From Octopus sinensis (Eukaryota), in assembly GCF_006345805.1 (NCBI RefSeq), contig NC_043005.1, positions 32,054,001 to 32,118,000 of the forward strand: a DNA stretch of 64,000 nucleotides, read 5' to 3'. A program made the position numbers and the translations under genes. Positions 25,310-37,340 of this stretch are shown in pieces (positions within the stretch are counted from its first letter, which is position 1; every line of letters starts with the position of its first letter). Below the pieces are notes generated by a model. The model worked only from the letters and a program-made list of their open reading frames with translations. It did not search any database and was not told where the DNA came from.

Positions 25310-25711
25310 AATTTCAAGTTGGTTTCTGGCATGCTGGAAGACCACCGGTATTGAGGTACCCCTCAGCTTTTGTTAAATCGTCTCTTTAGACAAAGGTCAC
25401 TGTGATATAAAAACAGATATGCAGGTGATAGCATTGAATATTTTGGGGAATCTTTTGTTTGTGCTTCAGATCATGATACTACCACATTCCTGAGGCTGCA
25501 ACCCATATTGGCCCTAGATATCTTGTCTCTAGATCATATCAATGTAGTGAAAAGGCTCTATGCAGTGTCATATAAGCTTTATTGGACCTAAAATTCTACG
25601 CAGGCATTGCTGCTCCAGTGAGAATCATTTACTCAGCTATGATTTGACAGCCATCATATATGTATTTGTATTAACTAGAAATAAATATGCTGTAAGGCCA
25701 AAACAATATTA

Positions 25712-25978
25712 AGTAATGTGCCAGTGGTACATAAAAAGCGCTATCCGAATCGTGGCTGATGCCAGCGTCGCCTCGACTGGCTTCCGTGCCAGTGGCACGT
25801 AAAAAGCACCCACTACACTCACGGAGTGGTTGGCGTTTGGAAGGGCATCCAGCTGTAGAAACACTGCCAGATCAGACTGGAGCCTGGTGCAGCCTTCTGG
25901 CTTCCCAGATCCCCGGTCAAACTGTCCAACCCATGCCAGCATGGAGAACGGACGTTAAATCATGATGATGATGATGAA
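25712..25978 (+). mobile_element. Young RTE 3'UTR tail
   Basis: CpGs intact; two GTGCC-NNN-GGCAC-type units; (GAT)n tail. Confidence 0.88.
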
Positions 25979-27029
25979 TATTATACCAAGTTTGAAAGAC
26001 AACTATGGTCATGTTTGGTGTTAGTTTCGCCCAACAAAAACCTAAACTTCACTCTTTATCTACATAATGATGATAGACTCACTCAGTATGCAACATTGCA
26101 CATCTGGCAGTGTAGAAATATTCAGAAAATATAAAATTCTTTTAATTGCTATCCACATTAATATACAGGTGTTTCTATGTGTTGGGAACTTTGTGGCTTT
26201 CTGTAATATGAAGACTATTTTCATATTGACTCATTACATGGAAGTCAGTGAAAAAAAAAAGATTTTTTAGGCTCACAAGGCTTCCATAGCAATAGGAATG
26301 CTTGTATGTGTGTAGTCAATCTAATGCTGTTATAAAACTAATCGATTCAACTCTAATGGTATTATATTATTATTTTGTTAAGACAATTACTTGACATTAT
26401 TAGGTATTCAACAGAGCAAGTTGGACTCAGATTTTATGCAATCAGTTTTATTTATGTTGATAAAACTTCCAATTCTTACCACAAATATTTGTGTGTGTGT
26501 GTGTGTGTACTCACAGTACACACTCTCTCCTGAGTTATCTCTACATCTTACTTTTATACCACTACCCACCCTTACACCTCAAGGATGCCTTCTAGTTTTT
26601 CTCTTGCTGCACCCACCCACCCACTGTTCCCCCACTCCACCTTCCTTCCTCTCCACTTCCTACCCATCTGTGACACTCTAACTATTCAGTGTTCTTTTTC
26701 CTACTTTTGTGGTACCCTATAACGTCTATTTTTTTTTTGCACCTCCTCCACCACCACCCCATAGCTCCTGCCTTTCCAACAACTCCATCTCATATTTACC
26801 TCTTTAATCTTTTCACACACCCACACATTTTTTCTTCATAGACTCTGAAGATTCCTCTCTACCCTCATCTGCCTTCTATCCATATATGCTTCTTATGCTG
26901 AATAGCCCATCATTTTTTCAGTTGTATCCCTTTCTCTCTCCTATTCCTTGCTACATTCTCTTCTTTCCTTCTTGCCATTCACTCTGCTCTTTCCTCTGTT
27001 CTTCAGTTATAAATGCCACTTTCAGGCCT

Positions 27030-27152
27030 CAGCCTTGCAGGCGCTGGTCCCAGGAAAAGGCATCCAATACAGTACAATCTTTTAATTCATTAGACCCTGT
27101 CAGACCATCTACCTCATTCCAGTATGGAATCCAGGTGTTAAATGATGATGAT
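27030..27152 (+). mobile_element. Degenerate RTE tail just upstream of exon 27236
   Basis: ggaaaaggcatccaat..tatggaa..gttaaatgatgatg. Confidence 0.65.
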
Positions 27153-27235
27153 TACAAATAAGATGCTTCAAATTTTATGAAATGAATTGTTTTTAGAAGT
27201 TTTATTAGTAATAATATTATTTTTAACTTTTCCAG

Positions 27236-27490
27236 ATTGGAACATCAAGCAATCAGACGTCTGGTCTACCCTCCTCTATTGGTAACCAGTCTGTGAATTC
27301 TATGGTTTCTCTATCAGGTCAGCAGTCTTCTGGTAGTCATCTGGCTTCGTTGTCAGCTGCCAATGCAACTGGTCATCCAGCAACATCTCATTCAGTTTCA
27401 GGGAGTACAACTGTCACACAGTCAAACCAACATACAATACAACAACAGAGAGTTAAACCTCAACGGACTAAGCTACCACCACCATCTAAG
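27236..27490 (+). CDS. UBAP2L: UBAP2L coding exon IGTSSNQ...QQRVKPQRTKLPPPSK
   Basis: tttccag acceptor, AAG|gtttgt donor, 255 nt, phase 0/0. Confidence 0.92.
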
Positions 27491-28489
27491 GTTTGTCTTT
27501 ATCAGAAGTCATCAATTATCTTCATTTTTCTTTTTTTTCTATGTTTCTTCCTTGCTGGCATGGATTGAAGTGATCTGCAATATGACATATCACCATTCTT
27601 CTCAATTTTTTTCATATTTTCTGTTTGAAAACCAACAGCCTGAGAGTTACCCTCACTAGAATGTGTGATACCATTAAATTCTAAAATATTTTGAAAGAAA
27701 CAAATTTAAATCCATGAATAACTTTTTTGTTTATTACTACATGAAGCTTGTCTATACAACACAATTTTACAAAAACATTCTTAGAATTAATTAAGAACAG
27801 AACTTCTATTTCAAATTTACTGTAATTTCAGTCTAAGTGAATGAAGTGTAAAATTATCTAAATGTTTGAATATAAAATAATGCACTTTATAGGAGTTTGA
27901 GTTTCAGTGCATCTAACAACACAGAAGTACTGGAATTTATAAATGTTTGAAGAGCCCAACAGAATAACACATACACCATATTGATGAAAGGATTTAATGG
28001 TATTGGCAAATGTGTGATTCCATTTACAGTAAATTTGAAAACTTCTGTTGAAATTAAATTATACAAAAGCTGAACTAATATTTCTTTCGTGAAAGATGGG
28101 AAATACTCTACATACTGAAATCTTTTTAGAATGCACATTGGAAACCCATTTCAGTTGACAGTCCACTGGGCACCAACCTTACCTGAGGTTTGCATAATTG
28201 GCTCGCTGTCTTTTCTGCAAGAGCTCAGCCAAATTTAGAGGAATATCCCACTAACAAGCTTTTACTTTCCTCCCAAGAGTAGCCATCCTTTATTTGTGTT
28301 ACATCTGTTCAGAACTGCAAATGGTCACATTGTTTCTTGCAGTTTGGTGTGTAGTAAAAAAAAAATTGATAATAGTCTTAGTTATTACATATCGAATCAT
28401 ATATCCCTATCATTTATTAGCTAATCTATCAACTATCTCTCTCTCTCTATATATATATATATAATTTAACATCTACTTCTCCATATTTG

Positions 28490-28810
28490 CCTGGCTCATG
28501 TGGAATTTATTGAGATAGACTTTATGTGACTGGATTGTTACCAATACTTGTTTTCCTGCAAAGTAATATTTTCTGTGACCAGACGGTTTTTTCACAGAGG
28601 ACTAGAAACACATGAGTGGTGGTCATTTTACAAGCATTACATGATATTCAGGATAAGAATACATACACACTCTCATTTACAACAGGCTTCTTTGTTTCAA
28701 TCTACCAAATCCACTGACAAGGCTTTGGTCAGCCCAGATCTATAGTAGAAGACACCCAAGACCACAGGTTTGGGAAGCAAGCTTTTTAACTACACAGCCA
28801 TGCCTACACT
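28490..28810 (-). mobile_element. tRNA-derived SINE (7828 family)
   Basis: tctaccaaatccact core and aactacacagccatgcc head in reverse. Confidence 0.65.
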
Positions 28811-29399
28811 GACACATGTAAATAGAAATTAATTTGCTTCATGTCTTAGTATGCAGTTGCTAACAGACTTCGTCTTCTGTCATTGAACTATTTCACCATT
28901 CTTCATTTTTGCTTTAATGTAAGCTACAACTTCCGAATCTTCACTAAGTTCATTTGACTGGAACATCAGTTGATAAATATTCAATTTTGAACTGTCAAGA
29001 TGGCTGGGGTTTATGGGATTTGAAGGAGTTACTCTTCTAGTTTTGTAAAATGTTGGAATTAAGCTAACAGAGCTATAATATGGGGGGCGGGTATTTATTG
29101 GTATGTACAGACCTTGAGTTCAACATGAGTGATCAGGTCCCAATTCATTATGGCTCCTCTGATAGCCAACAATGCAGATTGAGTTGAAAAATTAGTTACC
29201 ATTATTTAGTGTAATATTAGATTTCAGAGCAACTTTTGTGATTTTTATGTTTCCTTTCCATCATTTAATTATACACGTCTTCCAACATGTAATTATTCAA
29301 TAATAAGGCAGTATCATCATCTAGTCTTTTAAATCTGGAGTTTTGTTCCCGTTAAGAGGGGTGACCAGATCTACATCAATGCCATAACAACTACCCTCA

Positions 29400-30050
29400 C
29401 ACCATCTTACCTTGGTTTTGGGTATCCTCCTTTTTCAAACCAAACCTCTCAATCTTCCATCTGTCCCCTCCACATTTTCCTCGGTCTGCCTCGCTTTTGC
29501 GCTCCATTTACCTCAAGCACAATCACCCACCTCACTCCATTCACTCTTGCCAACCATTCCACCAATTCCTCCAACCCCAGCATTCCCATCAAATCCTCAG
29601 TCCTCCTCTTATCAAACAGCCTCACCCTACACATTTCTCTCACCATTGCTCTCTCGGTCCTTCTCAAATTTACCATCTCTCTCTCTCTCTCTCCCTCAGA
29701 AACCATGTCTACAATACAGCATTGCAGCTCTCATACAACTCTTGTAGACCCTTCCTTTCATCTTTAATGAGAACCTTTTCCAATATAACAGCACTCCACA
29801 TTCCCTGAACTTCATCCAGCTAAATCTCGCTCTTGCTATCACAGCTGCTTCACATCCACCACTTACATCTACCTTATCTCCCAAATAATAAAACTCTCTC
29901 ACCGTTTCCACTGGTTCTGCCAGCTCTCTCCAGCTCCTTTCTCACATTTTCCACAAACAAACTCTCTCGCCAGTTTTGGGGTCACCGTCTTCATTTTCGT
30001 ACATCTACCATGGTTATATATAATCTCACATGTACTAAAAATCCAGGCAT
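29400..30050 (-). mobile_element. RTE LINE RT C-terminal fragment
   Basis: EFYYLGDKV..GGCEAAVIARAR..W.KFREC; KRGRPRKMW. Confidence 0.88.
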
Positions 30051-30149
30051 TTTAGAGAATGGTATTAGTAGTAAGGTCTAATGAGAATAGTTGTATTGAT
30101 TTCTAAATACATAGTTGATGTGTAAAGCTTATTTGGGAGATTTCACACT

Positions 30150-30490
30150 TATCATCATTATTTAGCATCAGTTTTCCATGTTAGCATGGGTAAGGCAGTT
30201 TGACTGGGACTGCACCAGCCTCCAGTCCTTTTTTGGCTTGGTTTCTATGGTTGGATGCCCTTCTTAATGCCAACCACTCCACAGAGTGCACTGAGTACCT
30301 TTTACATGTCACTAGCACTGGCCACAACTTTGATTTCTCTTAGCTTGTTATGTCTTCTCACACACACCGCAGATCACCAAAGATCTTGCTCACTTGTCAT
30401 CGCTAGTGTGAGACTCAGCATCCAAAGATCATACTTCACTCCCTTGGTCCCATGCTTCCCTAGGTCTACCTCTTCCACAGGTTTCTTCCA
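30150..30490 (-). mobile_element. RTE 3' end
   Basis: (CAT)n tail, ggatgcccttc, ggtctacctcttccacag. Confidence 0.8.
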
Positions 30491-30629
30491 TTATTACAGA
30501 TTCGCACTTCTTAGAGATCAATAGTAAATAAAATGTTGACTTACATTAGCTGATTATGAGATGTTGTTAATCTAAGAATTGATTTGCCTTTGTCTGAGTG
30601 TTATGATATTTTTGTCCCTTTTTCTTCAG

Positions 30630-30784
30630 ATCCCAACTAGTGCTGTGGAGATGCCCCATCACTTGATGCCTCAGTTGGATGTCCAGTTTGGTAATCTAGA
30701 ATTCCGAGCCGACAGTTCCCCATTTAGCTTTACTGTTAGTGATACAGCTGTAACTTGCAGCTTCACCACAGCTGTGACCAACAA
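30630..30784 (+). CDS. UBAP2L: UBAP2L coding exon carrying DUF3697 (IPTSAVEMPHHLMPQLDVQFGNLEFRAD...)
   Basis: ttcttcag acceptor, AA|gtatgt donor; AVEMP and QFG signature motifs. Confidence 0.95.
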
Positions 30785-30888
30785 GTATGTATTTTATTCT
30801 TTTCCATTTTTGTTCTCCACTCTATTGTTTTAAACCTTATTTATCACCTTGTTTTTCAAATTTAATTTTCACACACATTATCTTGTAG

Positions 30889-31099
30889 TTCAAGTGGCAT
30901 TTCAAACCACATGAGTTCCTCCAGCCAGCAATCAGCAGACTCTGTGATGACATCATCAATGTTGTCATCCAATCCTTCCAGCAAGTCGATCGGACATCTA
31001 GAACAATCAGCAGCTCGTGCTAATATGTTTCCCAACAGTTACCAATCTCCTGCAAAGAAGGAGGTGACTGCATCAGCATTAGTTGGCCAGGCAAGTAAA
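30889..31099 (+). CDS. UBAP2L: UBAP2L coding exon SSGISNHMSSS...ALVGQASK
   Basis: cttgtag acceptor, AAA|gtaagt donor (possible GC donor at 31091), phase 2/0. Confidence 0.9.
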
Positions 31100-31187
31100 G
31101 TAAGTTTACGCTTGCTTAAATTGCATAAGTTTACACCTTTTCATTTTTAATTGAACAATTTTTATTTATATTTGTTCACTTTTCTAG

Positions 31188-31297
31188 ATTGCCACTCCAG
31201 ATCCTATACCATTTCCATCATCTCCAAATGAACGGAAGTCTAGTCCACTAATTGGTCCTGGTCCAAGAACTGGCCAGTCGCCTAGCTCCCTGAGTCA

Positions 31298-31299
<2 letters not shown>
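31188..31299 (+). CDS. UBAP2L: UBAP2L coding exon IATPDPIPFPSSPNERKSSPLIGPGPRTGQSPSSLSQ
   Basis: ttttctag acceptor, A|gtaagt donor, phase 0/1. Confidence 0.9.
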
Positions 31300-31345
<46 letters not shown>

Positions 31346-31609
31346 TTGTCTGTATTTTCTTTACTTCTTTATTCACATATTCTAATTTGCACAAATTCCT
31401 CCTCTGTTTTCATACTTTAATAGGCCTTTATTAGTTAGCAATATGTACTCTTGTTATATGAGTTCTATCAAGTCAGTCTCTGAAATTTACTTGAGAAACT
31501 GAGTTTGAAGAAATAAATGTGTGTAATGTAAGATTTTAAAAGGTTTGAAGTAATAAATGTCTATATGCACACTATATGTTACATAAATTTTATTTTGCTA
31601 TCTTTTTAG

Positions 31610-32241
31610 GTGCAGTCCCTGTTCAAAAAGCAGAAACAAACAGTCTAAACTCTTTCACGCCCCCTGGTAGTACATATCCTACCGCAAGTTACCAGAGCCA
31701 CAAGCCAGCCAGTGTAACTTCTTCATTATCTTCCACTACTGTGTTTAGCCACCCCTCTAACAGTCTGTCTCAATCAAATTCAGCTCATTATCCAGCCCAG
31801 TATCAAACACAGTACCCAAATACTCCCCAATACAACCATCAGGGCTACCAAACTAGTTCTTCATTCCAATCACAATCTAGTTACTCATCAAACCAACCCA
31901 ATCAGAACTCTCTGTACCAAAGTTCTGCACAGACTAGTTCCTACCAGCCCCAAGGCAGTAACAGCAATTCAACGACTGCATACCACCCACGAGAAGCCCA
32001 ATCAACACCTGCTAATTCGTATCAGACAGTTGTCAGCCAGTCATCATATCAGCGAAGTAACCAGGCTAATCTGGCTGCCACATCTCAACCTCCACCTGTT
32101 ATATATAGCAACCCTACATATGGATCAGCTCACCCCAGTTCTCTCCAAACATCACCGCTCACAGATGCTAAACTTTCAGAATCTCTTTCCAAAATGACAG
32201 TTAAGGATACCTCTCTAGAAAATTCTCAGTCTTCAGCTCAG
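31610..32241 (+). CDS. UBAP2L: UBAP2L large S/Q/Y-rich low-complexity exon
   Basis: tttttag acceptor, CAG|gtatgt donor, 632 nt, phase 1/0; matches ORF 31576..32283. Confidence 0.93.
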
Positions 32242-32337
32242 GTATGTGGCTTTCTTTTCACTTCAATAGTTTGTTTTATATAACACCACTTAGGTTATGG
32301 AGTTTTAATATTGGTTGTATGTCCATATAACAATATA

Positions 32338-33471
32338 TCAGGTTGAGTAAAAAGTAAGCAATGTTTTGAACCATGAAGAATTTGTACTGGATTTTTACAG
32401 TGATTTGAATTTTTTTTAAACATTTTTTTGCAGTTGTCTGATAATACAGACGTAGACTTGCCCAAGTGCATCAATAAATTAACATTGATATTTTTTTTCA
32501 CTGTTGTTAGTCATCTGAAATTGAGCTGTCAGAGTGCAATATTCAAGCAATTTTGCTATTCAGCTTCAATAAAGGATGTAAAGCAGCTGAAATTACTCGT
32601 GATATCAACAAAACGTTTGAAGACATGACCAGTGGGCGTAGTGGACGCCCATCTGTCATCAATGACGGTCTTTAATTGACCGTCATTGAGAAAGATCCAC
32701 TTAAAATCACTTGCAAACTGACAAAAGAACTCCATTTTAGCCAGAAAACTGCCTGCAACCATTTGCATGCTATTGGAAAATCAAGAAATCTCAACAGATG
32801 GGTACTGCACGATTTGAATGAAAATGAGAAAATGCACAGATGTGAAATTTGCTTGTCACTTCTTCTCTGTAACTAAACCAATCCATTTCTTGACTGTATT
32901 GTAACTGGCAATGAAAAGTGGATTCTGTGCAATAATAAAAAACGTTCTTCGCAGTGATTGGACCAAAACCATCCCTAAACCTAAGCTCTTCAAAAAGGTT
33001 ATTGTAACTGTTTGGTGGTGCACTGCTGGCTCGTCCACTATAACTTCTTAAAACCCAGAAAAATGATTACTGCAGAAACATATTGCCAAAATTTAATTAA
33101 AAAAACTGCTACTCCTCCATCCCAGACTGGTCAACAGAAGAGAGACAATCATTCTTCATGGCAATGTTCGACCACATTTCACTAATGACGCTCCAGAAGT
33201 TGGGGGAACTTGGCTACTAAGTTCTTCCCCACCCAGTTTATTCCCCAGACCTTTCTCCTACCGACTACCACTTTTCCTTGCAAGATACTGAAAGTGCATT
33301 CAAAGAACTCCAGCTTTTTATGTTACCGGAATAAACAAACTTGTAACTCGTTGGCATAAAATGTGTTGATTGTTATGGTGCTTGTTTTGATGAATAAAAT
33401 TTCTGCATTGTTGAAATATATTGTGATGAATTTCATATTTCAAAACATTGCTTACTTTTTGCTCAGCGTGA
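32338..33471 (+). mobile_element. Degenerate mariner, ~95 bp downstream of exon 32241
   Basis: TA-flanked TIRs tcaggttgagtaaaaagtaagcaatg / cattgcttactttttgctcagcgtga; WVLHDLNE, VTGNEKW, YSPDLSPTDYH. Confidence 0.9.
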
Positions 33472-33938
33472 TATTTATGTTAGATTAGAAATAAACTGTT
33501 GCTGGTTTTTTTTTTATCTAGTTTATTGTCTCCTATTTTCCATGGTACTAGTGTAGCAGTTTTGCAATGTTTCTCTTACAGCTACTGGTTCCAGTAGAAA
33601 TGTCATTCGCTCTCTCATTTTCTGTGTTTGACAATCTCTGCTAACTTCCAAGCCTCCTCCTGTTGATCTGATCACTGGCTGCTGGAATGTTTTCTCTAAA
33701 ACCAGTTCTTCAAACTTGAACAGTGTTGCTTGTTAAATTTGACATTAGAAAACTTGCCCATTATTTTTTAAGTTATTTCCTCCTCTTGTGTGTTAAAAGT
33801 TAGCATCAAAGAGATTTTTAAAGTGAAGTCCTTGTTTAAAATCGAAGAAATTGCATGGTCATATCAGTTTTTGATTGCTTCAAATGTTGCTTTATGTATT
33901 TCTTCTTGTTCTCACTGTAATTTTTATTTTTGTGTTAG

Positions 33939-34092
33939 TATGACCATTCTGTATCTGCAACGACAACTACAGTAAGTCTGACGACGACGACCAGCACAAC
34001 CCCTTCGTTGACCAGCTCCACCACATCAGGTTCTGTGATGGCAGCAACTACAACAACGCCATCTACAAAGGCTACTCCACAGCTACCAAACA
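33939..34092 (+). CDS. UBAP2L: UBAP2L Thr-rich exon YDHSVSATTTT...KATPQLPN
   Basis: tgtgttag acceptor, A|gtaaat donor, phase 0/1. Confidence 0.85.
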
Positions 34093-34307
34093 GTAAATAT
34101 TTACATTTTTCTCTAATTATGAATTAAGGAAGGAGGATTCGGCATTTATTGCTTTTTTTTCCACACCCTATACTAACATCAGAATAAACATGCCAAACTC
34201 ATCTAAACTTTCTAACTCTTTATTCACTCAGCCATTGGGACTACTAAAATTTATATTAAGTACAAAATCAAAAAATAAAAATTTCAATGTTACTAGCAGC
34301 AGTAGCT

Positions 34308-34470
34308 TTAACCCTTTAGCATTCGAATTACTCTTTCAAATGTAAGGTTTATGATGTGATTGTTTATTTTTAGAGTGACACTGTAAGGTAGGTGAGAGAG
34401 GCCAGATTTGGTTGGTTGAACATAAATAGATAGTTGTGTTCGAGTAAACAGTCATTTAGTCATGTTGAAA
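34308..34470. mobile_element. Truncated piggyBac-type MITE
   Basis: TTAA + ccctttagcattc terminus; second end not found. Confidence 0.55.
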
Positions 34471-34484
34471 AGTTTTTGTTTTTT

Positions 34485-36050
34485 GTTTCCTTTACACAAA
34501 CCATCGGAGTTAACTAGTCCGAATGGTCGACTTTTCCTATTATAGCTAGTCTTTCTAGCTCTTTATTGAATTCGTTCAATGCTGCAAACAACACATGTTC
34601 CATTTGGGCCTAAAAACAAGTGTTGCCTTTTGTTTTAGTGCAACAGCCTAATCCTTCCAAAAAAACATTTGGAAACCATTTTAAAATTTTCTATCTCAGT
34701 TGTTTAACTTCATTTGCACTTTTAACCATACCGACTACATTTTCACAGAGAACACTGATGGGGGTATCCCACATTTTAAATAACTCCATGTATTCTCTGC
34801 CAAATAGGTTTTTTTTTCAACACATAAATGATTGCCCCTTTCATTTTACCTCAAAAAATTATATTGCAAATACATTCACCGATGAAATATAATTTCTTGT
34901 AACACCATATGCTACTTTACTTGATTTAAATAATTTTGGTGTACTGATTTGTTTTTCTGTTTCTACATTTATGAAAGTGATGTCACTGCCTTATTCTAAT
35001 TGCATTTTGACAAAAGTGGTTTCAATTCTCACTTTCATGAATTTTCTGTTCATTGTACAAACTTTTTTCTCTGATGACAAACTATTTTTTTTCTCATTTG
35101 GTCCAATTTTCGTCATATTAGTTCTGCAGTGCAATTTAATGTATCCTGTGTTCCCACAATGGAAACACTTTGCTTTTTTGAATGGTCACTCTTTTTGGGG
35201 GTACCTACCGCCACATTCGATTCATGGGTTTATCTCTTGATGTATATCATGTTTTGTGTGAAACACTTTATCTGTCTTCCGACTTTTTCACACTGGTTTT
35301 ACCTGTAAACAATCTCTGTGTTGGATTTCTTCTATGTCATGCCTTTTAGTATCCTATTATACTCTTCTGACAGTTTCTGGAGAGTTATATCTTGGTTTAT
35401 TTCCAGCTTCGTGAGAATTTTTGTTCTGACTTCTGTGTCCTTTTTAGCAGTAAGTCTCTGAACAAAAAATCAGGCACTTGAACGAGTCTGGGGTTAGTTT
35501 ATCCAGTTTAAATCTCTTGCACTCTCTGTTCACTCTACCCACATATGTGGTAACATTGTCATCACTTTTTTCAGTGTTCAAGCACTTCCAACGTTTTTTT
35601 CACTAAATGTCCTACATAAAATGTCAATTGTGTCCATGAAATTTGTCTGAAACTTCTTTATGCAATATAAAGCTACAGTATTTCTCATACTCTGTCATTG
35701 CCAATTTCCTCAGAATTAGATATGTTTTCCTTTCTTCCACCCAGTCTTGGTATTCTTTTTCGAAAATTTTTTCAAATCTTAGGTAATATGCCTCAAAAGT
35801 GATTCCTTCTTCCAGGTCATATTTAATTTCATTTGCTGAATTTGCTACATGGTCTGACGAAAACGTACTTTCCGGTTTTGTTACCAACTTCATTAGTTGT
35901 AACATTTGTTGCTGAGACTTGAAACTCGTATATATCACGTAACTGACACTAACTCCGAGAACTTGTACAACAACTATACTACTTACTGACCTGCTACAAT
36001 GACTAGCTGTCTGACTTTTAGTGGCTCTTTCATACCATTTTGTCACGTGG
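34485..36050 (-). mobile_element. Ty3/Gypsy internal fragment (gag, zinc knuckle, protease region, start of RT); no LTRs seen
   Basis: YDLEEGITFEAYYLRFE, FKCLIFVQ, AKCFHCGNTGYIKLHC, GLGCCTKTKATL..KELERL. Confidence 0.85.
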
Positions 36051-36084
36051 GAAGGAGCGTACCATTTTTACTACAACTATTGGC

Positions 36085-36250
36085 CAACTATTTCTCCTGC
36101 AGTCGCCTCACCAGGAAGGTAGCATTGGCAGTGCTTCTCTCTGACACAAATCCAAACAGCATCTCATCTATGCTAACTCTCTTCCTAATTAATTCAGCTA
36201 TAACCTTTTCTGAACTTGTATCATCTGATCCAGCACCTTGCAAATGTTTT
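36085..36250 (-). mobile_element. RTE RT fragment
   Basis: IRKRVSIDEMLFGFVSERSTANATFLVRRLQEK. Confidence 0.8.
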
Positions 36251-36345
36251 TTGTTATAATGGAGTTAGAATTACACTTCAGTTTGTAGTATAGTGTCTAT
36301 CTTCAAGTTTGACTACAATTTTTTATTTTTTTATTTTTATCTCAG

Positions 36346-36434
36346 CTGGAAAAGCCCCACCTAACTTACCTCCTGGTGTTCCCCTTCTTAGCCATCAATA
36401 CATAATGGGACAAGGTACAATACCACCTTACTTT
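36346..36434 (+). CDS. UBAP2L: UBAP2L exon (T)GKAPPNLPPGVPLLSHQYIMGQGTIPPYF
   Basis: atctcag acceptor, TTT|gtaagt donor; GKAPPNLPPGVP family motif. Confidence 0.95.
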
Positions 36435-36671
36435 GTAAGTATCAGTTTTGTAATGCTCTTTATTATAGCTTTGACTTTAAAATTTTCTGATGCCTAAGAA
36501 TGTGGTTGAACCAACTTATTTGTAAGAGCTGAATAGATATGAAGAAAGCATCATTTTGTAGAAAAATGCTGTTTGTGAATAATCTGCTCTCCATAGTAAT
36601 TGATACAAGATTATTTTGAGTGGGGCAGATGTTGGTGACAGAAAAAATATTTTTAAATGTTCTTATTTCGC

Positions 36672-36850
36672 ACATTTAATGTCCATATTTCATGCTGGCA
36701 TGAGCTGGACTGTTTGACAGGATCCAATGTATCCAAGGTCATCATTGAGTTCCAATATCTGCTTCAGCATGGTTTTTATGGTTGAATGCCCTTCTTAATG
36801 CAAACCAGGGAAGGTTTGTTTTTTTTTTTTTTGTGCCACCTGCATTAATG
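36672..36850 (-). mobile_element. RTE tail
   Basis: tttaatgtcc..catgctggcatg..aatgcccttc. Confidence 0.7.
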
Positions 36851-36889
36851 AGGTTGCTATGCAGCTTGCAGCTGGACTATGAACCCTAG

Positions 36890-37340
36890 GTTTGGTGGTG
36901 GGGTCAGGATGATAGGATTATTATGACAGGTATGCAGAGCAGGTTCATGCGGATAAATCTGCATGGGTTGTTCGTATGATTGTGTGAGAAGTGAAGGGGG
37001 AAACTATCAAAACGGGTGGGGTTGAAAGGAGGAGGCAAGTTTTGACTTACGGATGAAAGGGGTGTGCAGAAAAGTAGGAGTCGGTGAAGTAGCAGGAGTA
37101 GTAAAGATGATACAGTTTCTGATGGTGGGGAAGACAAGAGGGGAGGGGCAAAGAGGTAGGCATAGTGCATGTGGTGAGGGAATCACTGTAATAGATGGAA
37201 GACCCCAAAACAGTTGAATGTGTTTCAACAACACGTTGGGCGCTATGGTTAAACTCACCAACCTGTATTACAGGGGTTATAATGGAACAAGTAGCACAAG
37301 TGAGTGGGATCATAAAGTCCTAATAAGTCATGGTCAGAAA
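36890..37340 (-). mobile_element. Possible Penelope-like remnant
   Basis: C-rich minus strand and a weak (H)YNPCN linker-like motif; poor support. Confidence 0.3.

Noticed and set aside
24887-25389. Long I/Y-rich ORFs (also 21956-22279, 22967-23444, 47359-47933, 54838-55221)
   Set aside because: Translations of (TA)n, (TG)n, (CA)n and (TC)n microsatellites
35624-36046. 140-aa antisense ORF as a nested or domesticated gene
   Set aside because: Gypsy gag N-terminus; the continuation has stops and frameshifts
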